In this document: positions 22,001-30,357 of the stretch, piece after piece
Numbering within the stretch: the first letter of the stretch is position 1
How the letters are laid out: each line of letters begins with the position of its first letter
NCBI GenBank assembly: GCA_043803405.1
Contig: JAZDKB010000004.1
Coordinates: 96,001 to 160,000 of the forward strand
DNA length: 64,000 nucleotides
Direction: 5' to 3'
Source: Spirochaetota bacterium
Lineage (GTDB): Bacteria; Spirochaetota; UBA4802; JAFGDQ01
The notes under the pieces: generated by a model
Databases searched by the model: none
What the model saw: only the letters and a program-made list of their open reading frames with translations
What the model was told of the DNA's origin: nothing
Made by a program: the position numbers and the translations under genes

Positions 22001-25000
22001 ATGAATGATCCGGACTGGAGATACAGAGATAAATTTCTCGGCAAACCGGAGATAATTACAACAGCATCCGCTGTTATTGAAAAGAAAACTGAAGCTAAAG
22101 GATTTGATATGAGCAATAACGAACAGAAAAAATATCTGAATAATACTGATTACAGCAATGTTTCTATAGATAAGTTTTACGGTGATTTCCAGTCGAAGCA
22201 GAAGAAGCTTCTTGAAGACGTCATGGATATTTACTCTAAAAAGAGCGAGGAACTCCTTAATGAACAGATGAGGGATGCTCTTTATTATAAGAAGGAAGTT
22301 GAGAGGAATAAGATTAATTTTGACAGAGTAATGATCTCGGGCGTGGCAATGGGGCTTCCGGGCGAACGCTTCAAGGTATTTGATGAGCATGTCTACGACA
22401 GGTTGGCCGACGGCATTAATATGATTGATCCTGTTCCTCAGGATGTAAGGGAAAGGATAGCGGAAAAAAATATTACCCGTCTTTTAAAGAAAAGCGACGG
22501 TGAAGCTTCATTTGAAACAATAACTGATAAAGCAGATGTTGTGAAACTGTGCGGGAGAAAAGGCCAGTTTGATCTTCACGAAGAATACGGTGTTGCTAAG
22601 GAATTTATTGAAAACATTGAATCTTCCACTCAGCTTGCCATAGCTGCAACGATTGAAGCGCTTAGGGATGCAGGTATTCCGCTGGTGATGAACTACAAGC
22701 GGACATCGACAAATAAACTGCTGCCCGCGTTCTGGGGGCTTCCCGAAGACATGCAGGAAGAAACCGGGATTATTTTCGGCGCGGCATTCCCGGGTGAAAA
22801 TATGGTTGTTGAAGAATTGTCCAAAGCGCTTGCATATAAATACGGGAGTAAAACAAAAAGGGAACTGGTTAAACTTTATTCATCAATTATTGAAAAAATT
22901 AAAGATGAAAAAGTCAGGGAATTGCTTACTGAATGGTATGCAGAAAATTATTCAATATTAAAAGACGGGATAGGTGAAGAAAATCTTTATCAATTCAACA
23001 GAAAATTCATATTTAAAATTCTGGTTATGGGACACTCTCAGCTGGCGTACTTTATAAAGGCAAAAGGCCCGAACATTCACATTAATGTAGCGTGTTCTTC
23101 AACAACAGCCGGTATAGGTATTGCCGAAGACTGGATACGTACCGGAAGGGTGAAGAGGGTTATTGTAGTGGCTGCGGATGATGTTACTACTAATACGTTT
23201 CTTGAGTGGATACTGAGCGGCTTCCTTGCAGTAGGTGCAGTCAGCACTGAGGAGAAGATTGAAAATGCTGCCATACCGTTCGATAGAAGAAGAAACGGTA
23301 TGATTGTAGGCATGGGCGCAGCATGTCTTGTTGTTGAAGCTGAATCCGAGATCAGAAAAAGAGGGATGGAGCCAATAGTAGAAGTAATATCGACAGAATT
23401 CGGGAACAGCGCGTTTCACGGAACAAGGATAGATAATGTTCACATACGCAGAGTAATGGAAAGAGTTATTTCCAAAGCTGAGGACCGGTTGAATTTGAAA
23501 CGCAGCGATATTGCGAAAAAAATGCTTTTCATGTCACACGAAACTTACACACCTGCACGCGGCGGAAGCGCATCCGCAGAGATCAATGCATTAAGGAATA
23601 CTTTCCAGGACAGTTATAAAGATATTATAGTTTCAAATACAAAGGGCTTCACCGGCCATACTATGGCGGTAGGCATTGAAGATGTTGTTGCTGTAAGGGC
23701 GCTTCAGACAACAAAAGTGCCCCCGATTGCCAATCACAGAGAAGTTGATCCTGATCTTGGAATGATAAACCTAAGTAAAGGCGGGAAATATGAGCATCTT
23801 CAGTATGCTTTAAGGCTGGGGGCAGGATTTGGCTCTCAGATAGCTATGAGCGTGCTGAAGCTTGTTAGCAGAAAAGAAGACCGTATTATTAATAAGGGCG
23901 CATATTCTGAATGGCTGAAAAAGATGTCGGGGATTGAGAATCCGCAGATCGAAGTAGTAAAGAAGACTTTACGCATTAAAGACGATGGTTCTATAATGAA
24001 AAAAGACAGGGCTGCATTTGTTGAAGCTGCAGCCACTGAAACTCCTATAGATGACGATATTGCGGTGCGCTATGCCGATTCATCGGCTGCGGCGCAAAGG
24101 CAGCAGGTTGCGGCATTTCAGCCGCAGGTTTCTCCGGCAGCCGCTCCTCAGACTGCACAGGCAGATGAAGCAATTAAGCAAAAGATAATGAAGATAGTAG
24201 GCGAGAAGACGGGATATCCGGAAGACCTGATTGAGTTTGACCTGGATATGGAAAGCGATCTTGGAATAGACACTGTTAAGCAGGCAGAGATGTTCGGCGT
24301 AATCCGCGAGACATTCGGTATTGCCGCGGACGAAACTATCCGGATAAAGGATTTTCCGACTCTTAATCATGTAATCGGATTTGTGAAAACAAAGTCGCCG
24401 CAATTCGCGGGACTGGCTGCGGCCTATACGGCGCCGGCAGTTCAGACAGTATCTGCTCCGGCTGCTGCAGTCGCCGGGGCTCCTGCGGGCGCGCTTGACG
24501 GCATCAAAAAGAAAATAATGAAGATAGTAGGCGAGAAAACAGGCTATCCTGAAGACCTGATCGAGTTCGATCTTGATATGGAAAGCGATCTTGGAATAGA
24601 TACTGTTAAGCAGGCAGAGATGTTCGGCCTGATACGCGATACTTTTAATATACCTGCTGATGAGAGCATCCGGATAAAGGACTTCCCGACGCTTAACCAC
24701 GTAATCGGGTTTGTGAGATCAAAGTCGCCGCAATTCGCTGGAATGCCGGATGCTGCGTTTGCTGCGCCTTCTGTTCAGGCTCAGCCTGCTGCTATGCAAG
24801 CGCAGTCAGTATCTGCTCCGGCTGCTGCGGTCGCCGGAGCTCCTGCGGGCGTGCTTGACGACATCAGAAAAAAAGTGATGAAGATAGTAGGCGAGAAGAC
24901 AGGCTATCCGGAAGACCTGATCGAGTTTGACCTTGATATGGAAAGCGATCTTGGAATAGATACCGTTAAACAGGCAGAGATGTTCGGGCTTATCCGCGAG

Positions 25001-28000
25001 ACGTTCAATATTCCGACTGATGAGAGCATAAGGATAAAGGATTTTCCGACTCTGAACCATGTTATTGGATTTATTACGTCAAAGTCGCCGCAGTTCGCTG
25101 GAATTGCAGCGGCTGCGTTAGTTGCGCCTTCTGTTCAGGTTCAGCCTGCTGCAATACCTACACAGGCTGTAGCTGTTCCGGCTGCTGCTGTCGCCGGGGT
25201 GCCTGCTGACGGGCTTGATAATATCAGAAAGAAAATAGTTAAGATAGTTGAAGAGAAGACAGGTTACCCTGAAGACCTGATAGAGTTCGATCTTGATATG
25301 GAGAGCGATCTTGGAATAGATACTGTTAAGCAGGCAGAGATGTTCGGCCTGATACGCGAAACATTCGGTATACCTTCTGACGAGACTATCCGGATAAAAG
25401 ATTTTCCGACTCTTAATCACGTGATCGGGTTCGTAAGGACTAAGTCGCCGCAATTTGCAGGAATGGCACAGGCCGCTCCTGCAGCAGCGCCGGTTGTTCC
25501 TGCACAGCCAGCTGCTTCACCTGCGCAGGCTGTATCTGTTCCGGCTGCTGCAGTCGCCGGTGTGCCTGCGGGCGAACTGGACGACATCAGAAAAAAAATA
25601 GTAAAGATAGTTGAAGAGAAGACCGGTTACTCCGAAGACCTGATCGAATTTGATCTTGATATGGAAAGCGATCTTGGAATAGATACGGTTAAACAGGCAG
25701 AGATGTTCGGCCTGATACGTGAAAGATTTAATATTCCTGCTGACGAGACTATCCGCATAAAGGATTTCCCGACTCTTAATCATGTGATCGGGTTCGTAAA
25801 ATCAAAGTCTCCGCAATTTGCAGGAGCTGCTACTCAGACGAAACCTATTGAAGAGCAACAGACTGTAACAACAGAAGTTAAGGAGGCTGTAAAAAGCAAT
25901 ATTAAAAGAATGACTATCGAGATGCGCGAAGAGCCTCTTGATAAGAAAGGAACGCCCAGATTCAACTTTAAAGGGCTTAACATACTTATAACTGATGACG
26001 GCAAAGGCGTAGCAACTGCAATCGAAAAAACTTTGAAAGAAGCTGAAGCCAGTGTCGAGATTATCAATCAAACCGAAATGGAAGATGTTGGTAATTTAAA
26101 GAAAGCAATCGAGAGAGCAAAGAAGTCCGGAAAAATAAATGGCGTCATTCATCTGACTTCATTTGAAGAATCTAAATCTCTTGATGATATGAGCTTTGAA
26201 GACTGGAGAAAAAATATTTTCAGAAGAGTAAAATCCCTGTATTATATTTCGAAAACACTTCAGCAGGATATTAAAGAAAGCGGCAAAAATAATACTGCAT
26301 TTCTTGTGTCTGTAACGGACATGGGAGGCACATTCGGAGTTAACGATTTTACATCGAACAATCCGATTGGCGGCGGCGTGAGCGGACTTACAAAAGGACT
26401 GGATAAGGAATTTAACCAGACTAAGAAGGAAGTCCTGGTAAAGGCAATTGATTTATCTTCATTGGATAAACCGGCTGCTGCTGCGAAGACAATACTTAGC
26501 GAGATTCAGTTCGGAAGCCGGAGAGTCGAAGTTGGATATGTTGGCAGAACCAGGATGGTCCCACAGGTTATTTATAAGGACATTGATTTCAGCATAGAAC
26601 CGAGAACAGCTCTTGGCGAAGGATCGGTCTTTGTTGTCACAGGAGGCGGCTACGGCATCACAAGCGCAATTGCCAAGGATATAGCAAAAAATTTAAAGGC
26701 AAAGCTCGCGATCATTTCACTTGAGACTTTGCCTGAGAATATTACGGAGCTTGCTAATCTTGATGCGAACGGACTAAAGCAGCTTAAGGATAAAGTCGTT
26801 GCCGAACTTAAGTCGAAGAATGAGCGCGTTACTCCTGTGATGATAGACAAGGAATACAGTAAATACACGATCGCTATCGATATTTACAAAAATGTTGAGG
26901 AAATGAAAAGGCTCGGAGCGCCCGATGTTGCGTATTACAGCTGCAACGTAATGGATAACGCGGCCATGACTGATATAATCAATAAGATCAGGGAAAGATT
27001 CGGCAGGATCGATGCCGTAATACACGGCGCAGGCATAAACAAGGATAAATTCCTTGAAGATAAATCCTTTGAGGACTTTTCGCTTGTTGTAGATGTAAAG
27101 GCTGACGGGTGTTACAATATAATGGAAGCAGTAAAGAAAGACGGGGTAAAGGCTCTCGTTACTTTTGCTTCAATATCCGGACGTTTCGGGAACATCGGAC
27201 AGACGGATTATTCGTCGGCGAATGACCTGCTCAACAAATACGTGGAGCATTCGAACAGAAGATTTGCGCCGGATATGAAGGCAGTGTCCATGAACTGGAG
27301 CGGATGGCTGGGCGTCGGTATGGCAACCCGCGGAAGCATAGCCAAGATATTCGAAGAAAGCGGCGTTGACATGATCCCGATGGAAGAAGGGATAACCAAG
27401 GTAAGGGAAGAATTGCTGTATGGCAATGATGCCGAAATCATAGTGGCAGGCAGGGTAGGAGCAATAGACAGCGATAACATCATAGCAGGCGATAAAAATA
27501 ATGATTATCTGGCAGCTGTCAAACGCCTTGAATCAAAGGATCAGTTTCCTTTAATTGATGAGATAATAAACCTGAAGCCGAATCGTTCAATCGTCGTTAA
27601 AAAGAAGCTCGATACAGAAGCGGATGTTTATTTGAAAGATCACGCTATTGAAAACATACCGTATTTTCCTGCTGTTATGGGAATCGAGACATTTGCGGAA
27701 ACAGCGGTTCTTTTATTTCCGAAAAAACGCGTAAAATTAATGAAAGATATTAAGTTCAATATCCCGATTAAAATTTTTAAAGGCAAGCCGCTGGATCTTA
27801 TTACGACTGCGGAAAAAGTTAGCGAGCAGAATGGAGAGATTACACTAAAGGCCAGAATAGAAACCGAGTTCTTTAACAAAGCCGGAGTAAAGCTTGGCGA
27901 CAATAAACTGCATTTTGAGGCAGAGATTGTGCTTTCGGACAAGGGCGCTGACAAGAAAAGTTTAAAATCGGATGGAGTCGATATTGAGTTAATACAGAAA

Positions 28001-28462
28001 GCAAAAGGTAAAAAAATAATTAACGAAGAAGAGATTTATAAGAGATTCTTCCATGGTCCTAAATTTCAGGTACATGCCGGAGTAATTAAAATAAAAGAAG
28101 AAATGATATATGGTTTACTCTCTGCCAAAAATGCGAAGGGTGAAGATCATTTTACTTTTGTAAAGAAGCCGCATTTTATTGCCAATCCGATGGCTATTGA
28201 AGCAGCGTTCCAGAACGCCGGGCTTTACGCAATGACCAAAGAAAATAAAATGTCGCTTCCGGATGGAATAGATGAACTTGTATTCGTTCAGATTCCTGCA
28301 GGCGCAAAAGAGCTTTTTATGAGCGCTAAATACATTAAACATGATGATCTGAAACACGAATACGATACGGTTATACTTGACGGTCAGGGAAATGTTTATT
28401 CGGTAATGAAAGGTTACAGAATGATAAACATAGGAGACTTGAAAGAAAATGAGAAGTTTTAG
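19064..28462 (+). CDS. Type I iterative PKS/FAS, PfaA-like: KS-AT-KS-(ACP)x5-KR-DH
   Basis: KS1 DAACASS/HGTST/GHLKAASG; AT FPGQG/GHSLG/SQAFH; KS2 NVACSST/SHETYT/GHTMAVG; five ACP repeats DLGIDTVK; KR TGGGYGIT/GQTDYSSAN; DH LKDHAIENIPYFP and FHGPKFQ. Confidence 0.92.
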   Translation: MSKKDNRYPQEGIAIIGLGCYFPKARGIDQFWQNVLNKVNCITEIPKGRWDPAVYYSPDKNAPDKTYSKIGGFVDPFDFSILAKKFKIPPMILNAMDVTQKFALLATSDALEDAGYGNKEFDRSRTAVIIGNSMGGDKSDYSDFRVFLNEVEYNLRNSPAFSRIDPATQNKIIEESVYKLKSGILNITEDTMPGELSNVIAGRISNALNLTGQSITVDAACASSFASFQEAARGLRCHDFDMVVAGGTDYMMGPSPYIKFSKIGALSADGSRPFDARANGFVMGEGTGIFILKRVSDARRDGNKIYAILAGIGASADGKGKGITAPNPKGQHLAVSRALAEAGYGPETVQYVEAHGTSTIVGDLAEMEGLLSVWENKGIKNNSIGIGSVKSNIGHLKAASGSASIIKLALALKNKIMPPSINYETPNPNIAFGRIPFRVITDPTEWPKGIDGNPRRGNASSFGFGGTNFHAVFEEDTGDNGMPAPVKYYSGAELTQNESSPVIRGVQSSAPQTTVCDYSHKRYELSEENNKKLHGEAIIIGGSSWNDINDRLASLKKEITGSSITMRDLFKRFNMQSNSMDYRLGIAAFSLDEFLGKFNSVPEGFENIKRRMVLKNKGLFYGEHLLEKKKSLGKICFLFPGQGNQYINMFKDLYNKYKVFKDTFDEADRIMYDFMGKGISDLFFQNDDISGSDLEAAEEMVQPTEITQPAVLAVDYAMFKLLRSFGINPDVAVGHSLGEYGALIAAEVMSFRDALYAVSARGKELENIKWDEIGKMLSVSASTEKAEQLLKGITGYAIIANKNCNSQVVVGGEGKAVLQVMDKCKAEGIPAQLLPVSQAFHTRVLEPAGPSYRRTLENLRINSPKIDIVANLTGDYYPKGENARGKIIDILVQHISNPVEFMKSVQRMYSDGVDVFIEAGPKRNLSSFILNILDKQPHLSIATNHPKRGGIGAFNDTLAAMSTHGFDIDWNGIDENGNRMNDPDWRYRDKFLGKPEIITTASAVIEKKTEAKGFDMSNNEQKKYLNNTDYSNVSIDKFYGDFQSKQKKLLEDVMDIYSKKSEELLNEQMRDALYYKKEVERNKINFDRVMISGVAMGLPGERFKVFDEHVYDRLADGINMIDPVPQDVRERIAEKNITRLLKKSDGEASFETITDKADVVKLCGRKGQFDLHEEYGVAKEFIENIESSTQLAIAATIEALRDAGIPLVMNYKRTSTNKLLPAFWGLPEDMQEETGIIFGAAFPGENMVVEELSKALAYKYGSKTKRELVKLYSSIIEKIKDEKVRELLTEWYAENYSILKDGIGEENLYQFNRKFIFKILVMGHSQLAYFIKAKGPNIHINVACSSTTAGIGIAEDWIRTGRVKRVIVVAADDVTTNTFLEWILSGFLAVGAVSTEEKIENAAIPFDRRRNGMIVGMGAACLVVEAESEIRKRGMEPIVEVISTEFGNSAFHGTRIDNVHIRRVMERVISKAEDRLNLKRSDIAKKMLFMSHETYTPARGGSASAEINALRNTFQDSYKDIIVSNTKGFTGHTMAVGIEDVVAVRALQTTKVPPIANHREVDPDLGMINLSKGGKYEHLQYALRLGAGFGSQIAMSVLKLVSRKEDRIINKGAYSEWLKKMSGIENPQIEVVKKTLRIKDDGSIMKKDRAAFVEAAATETPIDDDIAVRYADSSAAAQRQQVAAFQPQVSPAAAPQTAQADEAIKQKIMKIVGEKTGYPEDLIEFDLDMESDLGIDTVKQAEMFGVIRETFGIAADETIRIKDFPTLNHVIGFVKTKSPQFAGLAAAYTAPAVQTVSAPAAAVAGAPAGALDGIKKKIMKIVGEKTGYPEDLIEFDLDMESDLGIDTVKQAEMFGLIRDTFNIPADESIRIKDFPTLNHVIGFVRSKSPQFAGMPDAAFAAPSVQAQPAAMQAQSVSAPAAAVAGAPAGVLDDIRKKVMKIVGEKTGYPEDLIEFDLDMESDLGIDTVKQAEMFGLIRETFNIPTDESIRIKDFPTLNHVIGFITSKSPQFAGIAAAALVAPSVQVQPAAIPTQAVAVPAAAVAGVPADGLDNIRKKIVKIVEEKTGYPEDLIEFDLDMESDLGIDTVKQAEMFGLIRETFGIPSDETIRIKDFPTLNHVIGFVRTKSPQFAGMAQAAPAAAPVVPAQPAASPAQAVSVPAAAVAGVPAGELDDIRKKIVKIVEEKTGYSEDLIEFDLDMESDLGIDTVKQAEMFGLIRERFNIPADETIRIKDFPTLNHVIGFVKSKSPQFAGAATQTKPIEEQQTVTTEVKEAVKSNIKRMTIEMREEPLDKKGTPRFNFKGLNILITDDGKGVATAIEKTLKEAEASVEIINQTEMEDVGNLKKAIERAKKSGKINGVIHLTSFEESKSLDDMSFEDWRKNIFRRVKSLYYISKTLQQDIKESGKNNTAFLVSVTDMGGTFGVNDFTSNNPIGGGVSGLTKGLDKEFNQTKKEVLVKAIDLSSLDKPAAAAKTILSEIQFGSRRVEVGYVGRTRMVPQVIYKDIDFSIEPRTALGEGSVFVVTGGGYGITSAIAKDIAKNLKAKLAIISLETLPENITELANLDANGLKQLKDKVVAELKSKNERVTPVMIDKEYSKYTIAIDIYKNVEEMKRLGAPDVAYYSCNVMDNAAMTDIINKIRERFGRIDAVIHGAGINKDKFLEDKSFEDFSLVVDVKADGCYNIMEAVKKDGVKALVTFASISGRFGNIGQTDYSSANDLLNKYVEHSNRRFAPDMKAVSMNWSGWLGVGMATRGSIAKIFEESGVDMIPMEEGITKVREELLYGNDAEIIVAGRVGAIDSDNIIAGDKNNDYLAAVKRLESKDQFPLIDEIINLKPNRSIVVKKKLDTEADVYLKDHAIENIPYFPAVMGIETFAETAVLLFPKKRVKLMKDIKFNIPIKIFKGKPLDLITTAEKVSEQNGEITLKARIETEFFNKAGVKLGDNKLHFEAEIVLSDKGADKKSLKSDGVDIELIQKAKGKKIINEEEIYKRFFHGPKFQVHAGVIKIKEEMIYGLLSAKNAKGEDHFTFVKKPHFIANPMAIEAAFQNAGLYAMTKENKMSLPDGIDELVFVQIPAGAKELFMSAKYIKHDDLKHEYDTVILDGQGNVYSVMKGYRMINIGDLKENEKF
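24170..25820 (+). repeat. Five tandem ACP-encoding repeats with Ala/Pro/Gln-rich linkers
   Basis: Near-identical units (GAAGACCTGAT.GAGTT.GA.CT.GATATGGA.AGCGATCTTGGAATAGA) spaced 330, 360, 360 and 363 bp. Confidence 0.95.
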
Positions 28463-29273
28463 GAACACATATTATGATATAAAAGAGCATCATAATCATA
28501 CACTTAAATTTCTTAATTCCAGTATCGCGTTTATCGATATCGAAAATGTCAAAAAGCGAATGAGCAAAAGAGGCGAGCATGCTTATGATGATTTTCTGAC
28601 CGATTGGGAAAATTCTTATATTAACGAACTAAAAGTTCCTAAAAGGAAAATGGATTTTCTTTGCGGAAGGCTTGCAGGCAAAAGAGCTGTCAGAAGACAT
28701 CTGATAAAAAATTCCTATGCAGGTATTGAAGATGGGAAAGAACATCCGGTTTTTAAAGACATTGAGATAAAAAGAACAGTAACCGGAAGGCCGCTTGTAT
28801 TTATTAAAGACGGATCATCTCCAAACGGCTCATCCGAGTACCATGTTTCAATTTCGCACACGGAAGGCGTTGCAGCTTCTCTTGTGTCAAATAAGATGGA
28901 TTGCAAAGGCATCGGCATAGATATTGAAAGGATAGAAGAAAGGGACACTTCGTTGTTAAATGTGGCTTTTACGGAACAGGAAATAAGTAAATTACTAAAA
29001 AATTTTTCCGGACAAAACGGAAATACAAAAATAATATTTGAGAATAATGTAGCTAAATACTGGTCAATAAAAGAAGCGGTAATGAAGTGCATGGGTGTTG
29101 GAGTAAATATTGATCTGAAGGATATCGAAATAACGGTTTCCGGCGATTATAATTCGGTAGTGAGTTTAAAGAATGAAGCTCAGAGTAGATTTGAGCTGCT
29201 AAAAGGGAGTGATTTAAAAATAGAGTCTACAAAAATTGAAAAGTTTATGATTTCCATAGCCTGTCTGTATTAG
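28449..29273 (+). CDS. 4'-phosphopantetheinyl transferase (Sfp/EntD-type)
   Basis: FLCGRLAGK, GRP, SISHT, GIGIDIE and WSIKEAVMK motifs; overlaps the PKS 3' end by 14 nt. Confidence 0.9.
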   Translation: MRSFRNTYYDIKEHHNHTLKFLNSSIAFIDIENVKKRMSKRGEHAYDDFLTDWENSYINELKVPKRKMDFLCGRLAGKRAVRRHLIKNSYAGIEDGKEHPVFKDIEIKRTVTGRPLVFIKDGSSPNGSSEYHVSISHTEGVAASLVSNKMDCKGIGIDIERIEERDTSLLNVAFTEQEISKLLKNFSGQNGNTKIIFENNVAKYWSIKEAVMKCMGVGVNIDLKDIEITVSGDYNSVVSLKNEAQSRFELLKGSDLKIESTKIEKFMISIACLY

Positions 29274-29281
29274 TAGTTATT

Positions 29282-30220
29282 ATGCAAAATGAAAAGTCAA
29301 AATATATTTTAAATGACGGGCTTCTCGACGAACCGTTAATTGAATCGGAATTTAATTCCGAACTTTTGGAAGTAACAAGTTCTGCTGCTTTTAAAGCTAA
29401 TGATAAATCGGCAAGGATAATTAGCGATCATATTTACAAGTATTTCGAAAAAGTAAGCAATGATCTTTATAATGCTAACAGTTCGAAATTAATACCCGAT
29501 CTGATAAGTATTTTAATACAGGTAATGAAATCGTCAGGTATTGAAAAAGTATCGTTTCGTGTGGATATATTAGGCAATATTATCGATTTTTTTAAACATG
29601 ATGGCAAGCCGCCCAAAAAGCCAAAAAGCAAAGACAAACGCCAGGCTGTTCTCGATGCTGCGATGATTGTTTTTTCAAGAACCGGATTTCACGAAACCCA
29701 TGTAGATGAAATCGCGGAGCTGGCCGGGGTGGCGAAGGGCACGGTATATCGTTATTTCCAGAGCAAGGAAGATATTTTAAGAGAGATTATTAAAGCCAAT
29801 AACGAAGTGCTGACAAAAGATCTAATGATTATTTTCAATAAGGACGGGCATATACTTGAACTTATAAAAGAAGCTATTGAATACTATGTGGAATTTTTTG
29901 ACAGCAATAAGGATCTTTATAAAATACTTACACATGCGCCGTGGATATTGAATGATATAAGTGATCATTTTTATAAAAATATTATTTCTCATCTTAATGT
30001 TGTGAGGAGAAGAGTTTTTACTTTAACAAGAGAAGGCGTGGTTAAACCGACCGATTTTTATACTGTATTCTACGGCATTTTCGGATTTATTGACGGAGTA
30101 ATACAGAAGTGGTTCAGGCGGAACTGCGAATATTCATTAAAGGAGGAGCTATCGGTTATAATTGAAGTATTATTTTACGGATTTGTTTCGGAAGGTGAGA
30201 GAAAAGAAAAATTTATTTAA
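29282..30220 (+). CDS. TetR/AcrR family regulator with a long N-terminal extension
   Basis: HTH AAMIVFSRTGFHET.VDEIAELAGVAKGTVYRYFQSKEDI starting near residue 120. Confidence 0.88.
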   Translation: MQNEKSKYILNDGLLDEPLIESEFNSELLEVTSSAAFKANDKSARIISDHIYKYFEKVSNDLYNANSSKLIPDLISILIQVMKSSGIEKVSFRVDILGNIIDFFKHDGKPPKKPKSKDKRQAVLDAAMIVFSRTGFHETHVDEIAELAGVAKGTVYRYFQSKEDILREIIKANNEVLTKDLMIIFNKDGHILELIKEAIEYYVEFFDSNKDLYKILTHAPWILNDISDHFYKNIISHLNVVRRRVFTLTREGVVKPTDFYTVFYGIFGFIDGVIQKWFRRNCEYSLKEELSVIIEVLFYGFVSEGERKEKFI

Positions 30221-30357
30221 CTTACTCAACTTGACTGGCTTTTTTTATTCATATTAATTTTTTTTCAGCAAAAGAATAAAAAAGGTCAATCTGGTTGAAT
30301 AATATTTTAAAAAATAATTAAAATTTAAACCTAATAGAGATTCGGAGAATTTTATAA

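Noticed and set aside
24170..25820. Regularly spaced repeats as a CRISPR array
   Set aside because: Units are 330-363 bp, in frame and protein-coding (ACP domains); there are no unique spacers and no cas genes.
19064..28462. Calling the synthase pfaA / a PUFA synthase
   Set aside because: It has an extra Cys-containing KS and Thr-type ACPs, and no pfaB/C/D is adjacent; the product cannot be assigned.
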